Below, piece by piece: positions 9,202 to 17,787 of a stretch of 37,256 bases of DNA; positions within the stretch are counted from its first letter, which is position 1; every line of letters begins with the position of its first letter. The notes beneath the pieces were generated by a model. It was not told the origin of the DNA. It did not search any database and worked only from the letters and a program-made list of their open reading frames with translations. A program made the position numbers and the translations under genes. The DNA is from a virus, in the IMG/VR virus record IMGVR_UViG_3300045988_142508; one strand, given 5' to 3'.

Positions 9202-9599
9202 TAGGACGTCTCCCCCGTGGCCATGTCGACGCTGAACGCGCGTTGGGCGTTGATGCCGAGGATGCGTTTCTCGTCGTCGCGCAGCCACAGGTCGCCGGTC
9301 GGTGCTCCGAAACTGTACTGTTCGCTGAAGCTGCCGGTGGTCTGGTTCATCTGCGTGACGCCGCCGGGGATGCCGTACGGGTCTGCCTGCATGATCCTGC
9401 GGACGATGTCGCAGGTGACCTTCGTCAACAGTCGCGGCCGTTCGTCGAGGAGCCGCTGCCAGTTCGGGGAGCGTTCCTTGATGTAGTCGGTCACGTCCGC
9501 GAGATGCGTGTCGGCCTTCTCACGTTCCTCGTCGGTGAGCTTGTGCCACCTCCGTTCGAGATCGACGGAGGTGGCGAACACGTCTGGTTCGTCCGTCAT
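9201..9599 (-). CDS. Head-tail connector (gp6-like) protein, 132 aa
   Basis: ATG at 9599 gives MTDEPDVFATSVDLERRWHKLTDEEREKADTHLADVTDYI..., immediately downstream of the capsid gene. Confidence 0.65.
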   Translation of the reverse strand: MTDEPDVFATSVDLERRWHKLTDEEREKADTHLADVTDYIKERSPNWQRLLDERPRLLTKVTCDIVRRIMQADPYGIPGGVTQMNQTTGSFSEQYSFGAPTGDLWLRDDEKRILGINAQRAFSVDMATGETS

Positions 9600-9610
9600 G
9601 TCGGACTCCG

Positions 9611-10492
9611 TCAGGCAGTGAGCAGGACGAAGCGGTTGATGTCGCGGATCCGGAAGCCGACCTCGATTTCGATTCGCACGGCGAACATGTTGTGTTCCCA
9701 CAGGTTGACCTGCTTGCCGTCGATGGTGATGGACGCCTGGTCGGAGATACTGGTCTGCAGGCCCTCGACGGAGCCCCATGCGGCGGAGGAGAATTCGCCG
9801 CACACGCCGAGGATCTCCTTGGCGGCGGTGCCTTCGGTGACCGCGGGGACGTGCACGCCCTTGGAGATCTGCACAGGATTGCCGAGGATGGTGGACACGT
9901 CGGACGAGCCGGTGCCGTCGAGGAACAGTGGTCGTCCGTTGTTGTCGGTGGCCTGTCGCAGGAGGCTTCGGCCCTGGGTGGACATTGCCCATCCGTCGAG
10001 GGTGCCGTCCGCCGCGGATACGGAGTCGTCGGCCGCGTTCAGGTTCTTCCACACGTCCTGACCGAGGCTAATCTTCTTTGCGGCCTTCAATGTGTCGAAG
10101 TCCGAGCCCGGAGCGTCAACCAATCCCATGATGGTCTTGTCGAAGGTGCGCGCGATAGCGCCCGGCCCCTTGGCGACCACTTGGTCGTAGAGGGCGCCGA
10201 AGTCGCGCTTGAACTGGTTGGAGAACGGCATGATGACCGCGATGGTGTACGGCAGCATGTCCTTCTTACCAAAGCCGACGCCGCTCTTGGGTTTCTCCGC
10301 TCCTTCATCGACCCACGCGGCCTCGGGGTCGCCGGTGATGATCGGCACGCGCGCGCCGTTGCCTGGAAGCTTCATTTCGGGTACGAGCTGCATGAACGCG
10401 CTCTGGTATTTCGCGGTCTGCCAGATCTCCGCCTGGGTTTCTGGAGTGAGGTCGAGGCCATTGCTTTTTCGGGTCATTGACGGATCTGCCAT
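9611..10492 (-). CDS. Major capsid protein, HK97-like fold, 293 aa
   Basis: MADPSMTRKSNGLDLTPETQAEIWQTAKYQSAFMQLVPEMKLPGNGARVPIITGDPEAAWVDEGAEKP... with SD GAAAGGA. It follows the scaffold gene. Confidence 0.9.
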   Translation of the reverse strand: MADPSMTRKSNGLDLTPETQAEIWQTAKYQSAFMQLVPEMKLPGNGARVPIITGDPEAAWVDEGAEKPKSGVGFGKKDMLPYTIAVIMPFSNQFKRDFGALYDQVVAKGPGAIARTFDKTIMGLVDAPGSDFDTLKAAKKISLGQDVWKNLNAADDSVSAADGTLDGWAMSTQGRSLLRQATDNNGRPLFLDGTGSSDVSTILGNPVQISKGVHVPAVTEGTAAKEILGVCGEFSSAAWGSVEGLQTSISDQASITIDGKQVNLWEHNMFAVRIEIEVGFRIRDINRFVLLTA

Positions 10493-10526
10493 GACTCATC
10501 CTTTCATTAAGTGGCTGATGGTTGGG

Positions 10527-11045
10527 TTACAGGAGCGTGTTCTTCATGGCGTTGGCGAAATCCTCGCGGCTGGAATGTTTCGGCTTGGCCTGTCCGGTGT
10601 GGGCGCTCTGCTCCGCGACGATTCCGCGGGATCTCATGCCGGCGAACACCTTCATGAGTCTTTCGGCGTAGTCGCCGATCTGCTTCTCATCGTCGCCGAC
10701 GAGGACGCTTGGATCGTTGATGCCGTGTTTGGCCGCGACCTCGACACGGATTGCGGAGAGCTCTTTCTCATGTTCGGCCTGTTTGGCTTCGTTTTTAAGC
10801 TTCTCGTTCTCTTCGAGCGCTTTGGAGAGCTTCGATTCGAGGTCGGCGGTGTGGCCGGCCTTCTCCTTGAGTTCCTCATAGTCGCTTTTCCTGCCGCGTT
10901 CCCTGCCGAGGCGTTCGCTGATGATGCGGTCGACTTCCTCCTGCGTGAAGGTCTTCGGCTTCGCGTCGTTCACGTCCTTCGTGGTCGGAGCGTGCTGTCC
11001 CGGCTCCTGCTGGCCGTCAGCGTCGGTCTGATTGTCTTCTGCCAT
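10527..11045 (-). CDS. Capsid scaffolding protein, 172 aa
   Basis: ATG at 11045. The protein is highly charged with a coiled-coil-like stretch (EELKEKAGHTADLESKLSKALEENEKLKNEAKQAEHEKE) and lies directly upstream of the capsid gene. Confidence 0.8.
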   Translation of the reverse strand: MAEDNQTDADGQQEPGQHAPTTKDVNDAKPKTFTQEEVDRIISERLGRERGRKSDYEELKEKAGHTADLESKLSKALEENEKLKNEAKQAEHEKELSAIRVEVAAKHGINDPSVLVGDDEKQIGDYAERLMKVFAGMRSRGIVAEQSAHTGQAKPKHSSREDFANAMKNTLL

Positions 11046-11157
11046 GATTGGTAGCTCCTTTTGTTTGGTTTTCCACGCCTGACGCCGGCGAGTGGGCGGC
11101 CATTCTTGTTGGTTTCGCGCATGGCTGCGCCCCGCCCCATCGCTGGGGTGTGAAAGG

Positions 11158-11193
11158 TAAAAGAAAAGCCACCACGTTTTCGACGTGATGGCT
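11158..11193 (-). terminator. Rho-independent terminator-like hairpin inside the late gene cluster
   Basis: Minus strand AGCCAUCACGU-loop-ACGUGGUGGCU forms 11 bp with one G.U pair. It is followed by TTTCTTTT and lies just downstream of the stop at 11203. Confidence 0.6.
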
Positions 11194-11202
11194 TTCTGGG
11201 AT

Positions 11203-11442
11203 TCAGAGATTTCCCAGCGCTTTTCTTCGCGCGTATTCGGACCGCAGCTCGTCGGTCGACACATAGTCGCCGACGGACCAGCGCTTCTTTCCTTCGTTCC
11301 TGACCCATTCATATTCGTCCTGCGGCATGGAGATGTCGCCATACTTGCGTTTGATTTCCGCAAGATGGCGCTCATCGGTGACTTCCTTCAAATCACCGGG
11401 CATAAACGTGAAGCGGTCGGAACGATCCATAGGCTCAATCAT
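11203..11442 (-). CDS. Hypothetical 79-aa protein translationally coupled (ATGA) to the MuF-ART gene; candidate ART-associated or immunity factor
   Basis: ATGA overlap at 11439-11442. Translation is MIEPMDRSDRFTFMPGDLKEVTDERHLAEIKRKYGD.... A terminator follows. Confidence 0.65.
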   Translation of the reverse strand: MIEPMDRSDRFTFMPGDLKEVTDERHLAEIKRKYGDISMPQDEYEWVRNEGKKRWSVGDYVSTDELRSEYARRKALGNL

Positions 11443-12854
11443 AGCAGTCTCAGATAAACGATCGGCCTGCCGTCGGATGCTCCAAGCCCTTCGAAACGAA
11501 GAGTCCTTCCTCTCGGCAGGAGAATTTCGTATTCTCCCGGATGCTGAGTGATCGGCTCCACATACACGCCGGCGCTTCCCGGCGGTACCAGGATTCTTGT
11601 GGCGATGCGGTCTTCCCCATCAACGTCAATGCCTCCCTCCTTGATGCTGGTGGCCATGTAGCCGATGTGTTCGAAGGTGCGACCGGTATTCAAATCGAAA
11701 AGCGACTCCATGTCGTTGACGTGGAACGTCGACAACCGCATCTGCCTGTCGACCGTGAAACGTTCTCGGGTGATATGGTCGGATATCGCTTCGTCGATGC
11801 ATTCGACCTGATGGATGACGTCTTTCGACGGGTTTCGTCCGCCGAACAGGTAGCCGTTGATACTTTTATAGCTGTCTCCGGTCCAATCCATCAAAGCCGC
11901 GATCTTCTCGTCGTTGGAGAATCTATCTCCAGGCATCCTGACGCTGTAATCCGACAATCTCGATAGTTCGGAAGCACTGATCGGAATCGATTTGCCGCTC
12001 CATCGAATCGTCGGTTGGGCAGTCACGCCATCATTGACCTCATCGTGATAGATGCGTCTCAATTGGGCTAGCGTGTCACGCCAGTCGCCGTCATCGCCGG
12101 CCGCGGCCTTGGCTGCCTGGTACATTTCACGATACTTGTCCGGATCGTATCCTTTGAGTTTGCTGCTGCCCCAGCTTGGCACGATGTCGCAATCGCAGTC
12201 CGCATGGTATTGCATCTGCCGTCCGGCGGTGTCCCCGCTCAGGTAGGAGAATCCACGCGAGGCGAGCATAAGGCAGAACGCGCATGTCTTAGCCCCTCGT
12301 GGGACGCGAGCCCAGCGAGGCTTGGTGGGATCGTTGGCCACGGCCCTCTGCATGGTCAGCCGTCCGACCGTCTGAACCAGATTCTGCACGTATTCCAGCG
12401 CCTGCTCCTCGTCGGCGAACGTTGGCCACAGGTCGTCGATGGTTCTTCCGGCGTTGTTGTGCACGACGCCGTTCTCATCTGGAATGACGTCCTTGTAATG
12501 CAATCCCATGAAGTCGGTGTTGTTGAAACCGCCTTCCATCTGCCAGACCGCACGGTCGGCGGTGATGGTCGGCGGATCGTATTCCGGCATGTCGATTCCG
12601 CAGTATTGCGCCCATAGGTCGCGCACATGGCTGTAGTAGTCGGATGCGAGTTTGTTGGCCGCGTCGGCGTACCGGTTGATCTCCGCTTTGATGAGTTCCT
12701 GGCTTTCACCGTCCCAGACAAGTCCTGAAACGCTGTTGCCTGCCTCCTTCTGCAAGCGGCTCATGGTGTCCGTGTAATCCTCGTACAGGTCGTTGAGGTC
12801 GAGTTCAAGCCTTCTGTGTTGTTCCGGAGGCAGGTTCAGACTGTTCAGGCTCAT
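11439..12854 (-). CDS. MuF-like minor capsid (head morphogenesis) protein fused to a C-terminal ADP-ribosyltransferase (exoenzyme C3/VIP2-type) domain, 471 aa
   Basis: It is located directly after the portal gene. The N-terminal half contains VPRGAKTCAFCLMLASRGF...YHADCDCDIVP (MuF-like). The C-terminal ~180 aa carry the ART signature: YKSINGYLFGG, the Arg region FTVDRQ, the STS-like GYMATSI, and the ExE motif GEYEILLPRG. Confidence 0.85.
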   Translation of the reverse strand: MSLNSLNLPPEQHRRLELDLNDLYEDYTDTMSRLQKEAGNSVSGLVWDGESQELIKAEINRYADAANKLASDYYSHVRDLWAQYCGIDMPEYDPPTITADRAVWQMEGGFNNTDFMGLHYKDVIPDENGVVHNNAGRTIDDLWPTFADEEQALEYVQNLVQTVGRLTMQRAVANDPTKPRWARVPRGAKTCAFCLMLASRGFSYLSGDTAGRQMQYHADCDCDIVPSWGSSKLKGYDPDKYREMYQAAKAAAGDDGDWRDTLAQLRRIYHDEVNDGVTAQPTIRWSGKSIPISASELSRLSDYSVRMPGDRFSNDEKIAALMDWTGDSYKSINGYLFGGRNPSKDVIHQVECIDEAISDHITRERFTVDRQMRLSTFHVNDMESLFDLNTGRTFEHIGYMATSIKEGGIDVDGEDRIATRILVPPGSAGVYVEPITQHPGEYEILLPRGRTLRFEGLGASDGRPIVYLRLL

Positions 12855-12992
12855 TTCCGCCGCCTTCCGGTAGTTTGAGGCTGACCGGCGTCATGCCGGT
12901 GAATTCAATGCCTTTCAGTCCAAGCATCGATGCCGCGGATTCCGGTGTCACCCCGGCTCTGATCGCTACTCCCAGTGCGTCGAAGCTGTCCT

Positions 12993-14498
12993 TCAGCCCC
13001 CCCCCGCAACAGTTGATTGCGTGGAAGCGTCGGTCTGGCGTTCCCCGTCGTCCTGCGTCTGCTCAGTCTGTTGGCGCATGCCGCGAATCTGGTCGAGGAC
13101 CTGTCCGGCTTGAGCCTTGCGCTGGTCGGCCTTCAAGCGGACGATCTCGCTTCTGCTCAATCCGGCGCGGGTCATGCCGACCTCGCTGTTGGCGAACGAG
13201 TCGATGCTGCCGGCGAGTTTGCTGAACGCGTCGGCGCTCATGGAGCTTGACGGAGTGTTGGGGTTCTTCCAGTCGACCTGCAGTTTCATCAGATCATCGT
13301 CTGACACCGATGGATCCTGTATGCGCGCCACGAGGCGTGCCGCCTGCAGGATCGATTCGCCGAAATCACGGTCGCAGTGGCGAGCCTCGATAATCAGGTC
13401 CTCGCGTTGCGCCTCGGTCGCGTCCGCTGACGTCGGATTCGCGTCCGATACGATGCCGAGCGAACTGGCGGGAATGTTCATCGCGCTGGCGAACATGGCG
13501 GCCCAGCTTTTCAGCATCGTCAGGTGCGGATCCATGCTGGATGCGGCCAGTTGGGTCACTGTCGGCGAATCACCGTCCGCGTCCTTGCTGATCATGTTGT
13601 AGCGACCCATGTAGAGTTTGAGCGCGGCGTCCGCGCTCAAGGACGCGAGCTCGTCGCTGGTGCCCATGAGCAGGATTTTCGGGAATGCGTAGAATTCGGC
13701 GTTCGCCTCGGCGCGCACAATGGTGCGGTTCGCGCCGTCGATGATGTTCATCGCGTCATGGCTGATGCGGGAGCGTCCGAATGGTTTGACTTCGGTGGCT
13801 TTGTAGGCGAGACGGAACACGCTGCATTCGCCGTTCACGGTGGGTTGCGATCCTTGCACGTACCATGTGCCGAGACTGCGGGACACGCTGATGTTGCGCG
13901 TCGGCATGTAGAGCACGAGTCCGATGGCCTCGTTGTCGTTGTTCACGTCGGTTATGGCCATGCATGCCTTGACGCGTCGGTTCGGGTAGTCCCAGATCGC
14001 TGCCGAGCTTTCCGCGGTGTGGGTGCGGATGAGAGGCCTGTTCTCCGCGTCTTGGATGACGCTGAGGAACGAGCAGCCGTGAATGAGTGCCGTCTGTATG
14101 GCCTGCTGAAGGACGCTGGTGAAGCCGATTCTGCTCATGAAGTCCTGTAGTTGGAACGGATCATCGACACCAGGCGAGACGAATCCCTCGAATACGCAAA
14201 GCTCGGCGAGCATGTCCACCGCCTTGCGTGCCCATCCCAATGGCGTGTAGTGGTCCTTGATGGACTGTGGAACCGTGAGACCGAAGTCGACCAGCGGCTC
14301 TTTCGATTCGTAGTATGCGGTGAGTTTCCGATTGCGGCTCGCATGACGTGTCCACACTTCGGCGAGCTCTGCGAGCAGTTCGTTCTCTTGGTTTGTAAGC
14401 CCGTCGATGCTGGTGGGCACAACCAGTTTCGTCAGCGCCACCGATCCTCCGGACGGCCGCCAGCTATCCGGAACGTTTGTCATCTGGATGTCGCCCAT
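12993..14498 (-). CDS. Portal protein (SPP1 gp6-like), 501 aa as written; possibly extended via the G9 tract
   Basis: It is adjacent to the TerL stop with SD GGAGGA. The size and sequence (..YYESKEPLVDFGLTVPQSIKDHYTPLGWARKAVDMLAE..) are typical of portals. Confidence 0.9.
   Translation of the reverse strand: MGDIQMTNVPDSWRPSGGSVALTKLVVPTSIDGLTNQENELLAELAEVWTRHASRNRKLTAYYESKEPLVDFGLTVPQSIKDHYTPLGWARKAVDMLAELCVFEGFVSPGVDDPFQLQDFMSRIGFTSVLQQAIQTALIHGCSFLSVIQDAENRPLIRTHTAESSAAIWDYPNRRVKACMAITDVNNDNEAIGLVLYMPTRNISVSRSLGTWYVQGSQPTVNGECSVFRLAYKATEVKPFGRSRISHDAMNIIDGANRTIVRAEANAEFYAFPKILLMGTSDELASLSADAALKLYMGRYNMISKDADGDSPTVTQLAASSMDPHLTMLKSWAAMFASAMNIPASSLGIVSDANPTSADATEAQREDLIIEARHCDRDFGESILQAARLVARIQDPSVSDDDLMKLQVDWKNPNTPSSSMSADAFSKLAGSIDSFANSEVGMTRAGLSRSEIVRLKADQRKAQAGQVLDQIRGMRQQTEQTQDDGERQTDASTQSTVAGGG
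12997..13005 (-). repeat. G9 homopolymer (C9 on plus) two codons before the portal stop
   Basis: The minus strand reads GTT GCG GGG GGG GGC TGA. See the finding on the -1 frame extension. Confidence 0.95.
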
Positions 14499-15935
14499 TT
14501 AGATTCCTCCGATGGTCTGTCGTCTTCCGGGATGTCGTTTTGTCGTGCACGCCCCGTACAGGGCGATCGTGGTTGATACGAGCGGCGTTATGTCGATATC
14601 CGAGCCGAGCTTGTTCCATGCGATCGCGCCGGACTGTCCCAATGGACGCGTGGTCGCGCCCTTGACGGCTGCGGCCAGCTGCGGCTGGTATTCGTCCGGC
14701 GGGTGCTTGAGCGTTCCGGCTTTGAGCATGTCGAGGAATCGGCCGCATGCGCGGCCCATCTCCTGCATGTTCGTCACGGTGACCTTCACGTGCGCGGCCT
14801 TCAGTTCGGGCAGCAGGCTCATTGCCGGGGACTGCGCGTCGATGACCACGCTGGCGGTCTTCGGCCAACGTTCGGCGAGCCAGTCCACGGCCCACATGGT
14901 TCCCGCCTGCCGCGCGTCCTTGATGTTCGCCATCTGGACGATGGCCGAACCGTCCGCGTATCGTAGCGCCGCTCCGATGGTCAGCACGCTCCTGTCCGGA
15001 GGCATGTCGATGCCGAAGCTCACCGTGCCGCCCTCGGGCACGTCGTCGACGGCCGCGGCCTGCCACAGGTCGGGACTGATGGCGTACGCGGTGGCGGTCT
15101 CGTCCCATATGCCAAGCGCCTCACGACGGAATGAATCGTCCGACAGGTTGTTGCGCATGCGCATGATTGCCTGTTCGCTTGTACGTTTCGGATAGCTGGG
15201 ATTCGCTTTAGCCCACTGTTCGCGGTCGTCCGAATCCGCGTCCTTGTCGGCGGCAAGCTCCACGTAGAGGAGGTTCCCGTCATGGTTCAGCGCATGCATG
15301 CGTTTCTCCGTGAACGCCTCGCACTGGTCTCCCGGCTTGGGTGGATTGCCCATATACACGACCAGGGGGTTAGGACTCGTGTTCAAAACCGGAATCATAT
15401 TGTCCATCGCGCGCACTGTGAGGATCTGCGCTTCATCGAACACGGCCACGTCCACGCTGTGCAATCCTCGGCCGAAGCCGTTTTCGCGGGCGCCGAACAT
15501 GATGCGGCTGCCGGACGTGAACGTGATCTCCTGTTGGCCGTTTGCTCTGCGGATGCGTTCCACGTACCGGCCGAGCACTGGATTATGCTCCATCTCGCAC
15601 ATGTCCGCGAATGTCTCGTCGCTGGTGCGCGTATGGTGGGCGGTCCAGATGGCTTTCAGGTTCGGTGTGAGTATCGCCTTGAGGAACAACGCGGTGCCGA
15701 CGGTGAAGGTTTTGCCGATCTGCCTGCAGCTGGACAGCACGGCGCCGTCCGCGCCACACGCATACTTGCCTTCCGCGTTCTTGGCGAACAGAAGCCACAA
15801 GAAGCCCTGCTGCCACAAGTCGAAACGGATGCCGGCCTTGCGCGCGGCTTTGTTGATTCGCGTGAACTCGCTGCCAACGATGCCTTCCGGCTGGCGGAGG
15901 ACCTTGGCGATTTCAGACAATCGACGCTCCGACAT
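14499..15935 (-). CDS. terL: Terminase large subunit, 478 aa
   Basis: Walker A-like SCRQIGKT, Walker B VDVAVFDEAQ, and a C-terminal nuclease-type region. Position between TerS and portal supports the call. Confidence 0.92.
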   Translation of the reverse strand: MSERRLSEIAKVLRQPEGIVGSEFTRINKAARKAGIRFDLWQQGFLWLLFAKNAEGKYACGADGAVLSSCRQIGKTFTVGTALFLKAILTPNLKAIWTAHHTRTSDETFADMCEMEHNPVLGRYVERIRRANGQQEITFTSGSRIMFGARENGFGRGLHSVDVAVFDEAQILTVRAMDNMIPVLNTSPNPLVVYMGNPPKPGDQCEAFTEKRMHALNHDGNLLYVELAADKDADSDDREQWAKANPSYPKRTSEQAIMRMRNNLSDDSFRREALGIWDETATAYAISPDLWQAAAVDDVPEGGTVSFGIDMPPDRSVLTIGAALRYADGSAIVQMANIKDARQAGTMWAVDWLAERWPKTASVVIDAQSPAMSLLPELKAAHVKVTVTNMQEMGRACGRFLDMLKAGTLKHPPDEYQPQLAAAVKGATTRPLGQSGAIAWNKLGSDIDITPLVSTTIALYGACTTKRHPGRRQTIGGI

Positions 15936-16341
15936 CGTCCGTCACCTCGTCTTCCTCATCGTCCAACAGGTCGGTCAGACCTCCGCCCTGGAGTGATTCG
16001 ATGCGTTCGCATACGTCGATGAGCTGGCGGCTGATCGCAGGCAGTGCGTTTGCCGGTGTGGACGTGTCATCCATGGCCTTCTGCAGTCGGTCACGGTTGG
16101 CGCGCAGCATGTCCAGCATGCTGCCGTCCATCATCCGTTCGAAGCTCCGCTGGTCGAGATCCCTTTCCGGCTTCTGTTTCGTTTCCACGGCTTTGACGGG
16201 CGGCTTACTGTTCCGGTCCTGTGCGGGCCGGTTCTTTTTCCGACGCCGATAGTCTTTCTGCCTGCATTTCGCGGAGCAATATTTCTGTTGGCTGCCCTTG
16301 CCACTTGGCCTAAATTGCTTACCGCATACTTCGCAAATCAT
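15913..16341 (-). CDS. terS: Putative terminase small subunit with N-terminal zinc ribbon, 142 aa
   Basis: MICEVCGKQFRPSGKGSQQKYCSAKCRQKDYRRRKK... has a basic DNA-binding N-terminus and an acidic tail. It overlaps the TerL start by 23 nt. Confidence 0.65.
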   Translation of the reverse strand: MICEVCGKQFRPSGKGSQQKYCSAKCRQKDYRRRKKNRPAQDRNSKPPVKAVETKQKPERDLDQRSFERMMDGSMLDMLRANRDRLQKAMDDTSTPANALPAISRQLIDVCERIESLQGGGLTDLLDDEEDEVTDDVGASIV

Positions 16342-16832
16342 TGCGTTTCCTTCATTCCAAAACCAGTGAGGAACCCGAGTTCTTCGCGCAATCTTGTTGC
16401 AGCAGCTTCCGCCCGTGCAAGCGTCTTGAATGGACCTCTCTTGTATGCCTTCCTATTCTTGATAACCTCAACTTGCCATGCTTTTCGATCGTTACGCCAG
16501 TAGACACCACGGATTCCGGATTTGCTGTTCTTATTACAGGAAACACGATATTCGGAATTCTCCTGAACCGTTACTGCTCTCAAATGGTCTGGATTAACGC
16601 ATGAACGGTTGTGACAGATATGATCAATCACCATCCCATCTGGGATAAACATGTTATGAGTCAATGCATATGCGAAGCGATGTGCCGGAACGGACGTCTT
16701 TGCCAGACGGAATGTGCCATATCCCTTTGGGTGATGAGCACCGTTCCATTCCCAACATTTACTAGGGTCAGTGCTTCTGAAGTATTTATTAAATCGTTCT
16801 ATGTCAGATGCTGACGCTTTGAAAAAGGCCAT
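16338..16832 (-). CDS. HNH (HNH_3-type) endonuclease with C-terminal AP2-like DNA-binding domain; free-standing homing-endonuclease-like gene
   Basis: CWEWNGAHHPKGYGTF...AHRFAY...IDHICHNRSCVNPDHLR followed by SGIRGVYWRNDRKAWQVEV. The ATG at 16832 has SD AAAGG (an alternative TTG lies at 16850). The gene is clearly AT-richer by eye than its neighbours. Confidence 0.85.
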   Translation of the reverse strand: MAFFKASASDIERFNKYFRSTDPSKCWEWNGAHHPKGYGTFRLAKTSVPAHRFAYALTHNMFIPDGMVIDHICHNRSCVNPDHLRAVTVQENSEYRVSCNKNSKSGIRGVYWRNDRKAWQVEVIKNRKAYKRGPFKTLARAEAAATRLREELGFLTGFGMKETQ

Positions 16833-16958
16833 ATTCCGCCTTTCATTCAACGTATGCGTAACACAATTCGTTACGCTTAAATTTCAAGAGAAATATCGGC
16901 ACTGCACCCGAGGCGACCGGGAGGTGGTGTACCCGGGGTCCCCGCCCTGGTATCGGAG

Positions 16959-17288
16959 TCAGATGCCGAACGTTTTGAACGGCATCGAGCTTGCTTTCAC
17001 TTCCTGTCTGCCAGCCAGCAGCGCTCGTGCGTGTTCGTCTGTCTTGTCGCTCTTCATCCTGTTGCATCTGCGGTGCGTGAGCCTGCAGTTCGTGAAGCTG
17101 TATGGATCACCGCCACGTGAGACTGGTATGAGCTCGTCGACTTCGGCGCTCATCGGATGTGGTGTCTTCAATGTCTTGTCGACCGGCTTGCCGCAGATGG
17201 CGCACACGTCGTATGCGGCAAGCACTCTTGCCCTGAGCTGTCTGCGCCGCCAGCCGTTGCTGACGCGCTCGTTGCGCCGCTTGCTCAT
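16959..17288 (-). CDS. HNH endonuclease (packaging-associated type), 109 aa
   Basis: ATG at 17288 with SD GGGAGG. Translation MSKRRNERVSNGWRRRQLRARVLAAYDVCAICGKPVD...DELIPVSRGGDPYSFTNCRLTHRRCNRMK. It lies upstream of the terminase genes, as in cos/HNH phages. Confidence 0.85.
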   Translation of the reverse strand: MSKRRNERVSNGWRRRQLRARVLAAYDVCAICGKPVDKTLKTPHPMSAEVDELIPVSRGGDPYSFTNCRLTHRRCNRMKSDKTDEHARALLAGRQEVKASSMPFKTFGI

Positions 17289-17477
17289 GTGGCCTCCCAC
17301 GTGTATGGGACCCGGGGTGCCGTGGATTTGCCGACGATTATCTCCGCTGTTGGCCTGCTGGAATGCCGGTATAGGGGCTCCCGTATATGGACACTCCCGT
17401 GTCTTGTAGGGGCTCCCCATCATCTGCGAATGCCCCTCCCGGATTGTCAATACCCCTACCCCGGGTTTGTTTCATGG

Positions 17478-17580
17478 GTGCCTTCGGCGGGATTCGAACC
17501 CGCGTCCACACGCGGCCACAAGGAAGAGAATCCAATAAAGACTCGCGGCCGGTACGATCTACCACTGATTCCTACGAAGG
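17478..17580 (-). tRNA. tRNA-like element: perfect T-arm plus 7-bp acceptor pairing, but 103 nt long and not foldable by eye into a canonical cloverleaf (atypical or degenerate tRNA, or att relic)
   Basis: The minus strand reads GCCTTCG-TAGGAATCAGTGGTAGATCG...GAGTC-TTTATTG-GATTC...GCGGG-TTCGAAT-CCCGC-CGAAGGC-A. The D-loop-like AGTGGTAGA, the T-loop and the complementary acceptor strands are all present. Confidence 0.35.
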
Positions 17581-17751
17581 CATGGACAGGCGGATTTGAG
17601 CATCACCGCATCACGGAAGCACGGGATTGGCTTGCCTGCCACATTGGGGTATGTCCACTCTGACGGGAGTGGGCGGAGCGTGTCCGATATGCCGTTCGGA
17701 CAGGACGGGCAACAAACCAGGGAGTTAGGAGAATCCATGGCGGATATGAGT

Positions 17752-17787
17752 GAGGGTTCAAACCAAGTCACCTCGGTTTGAACCCTC
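17752..17787 (-). terminator. 13-bp perfect inverted repeat (I-shaped terminator candidate) at the end of the early/middle operon
   Basis: GAGGGTTCAAACC-N10-GGTTTGAACCCTC lies 39 nt downstream of the stop at 17826. There is no U-tract, as is common in Actinobacteria. Confidence 0.45.

Noticed and set aside
17340-17470. Repeated TAGGGGCTCCC motifs (about 17372 and 17407) as a possible cos site
   Set aside because: There are only two short imperfect copies, and cohesive ends cannot be deduced from sequence alone. The motifs are mentioned only as part of the non-coding region finding.
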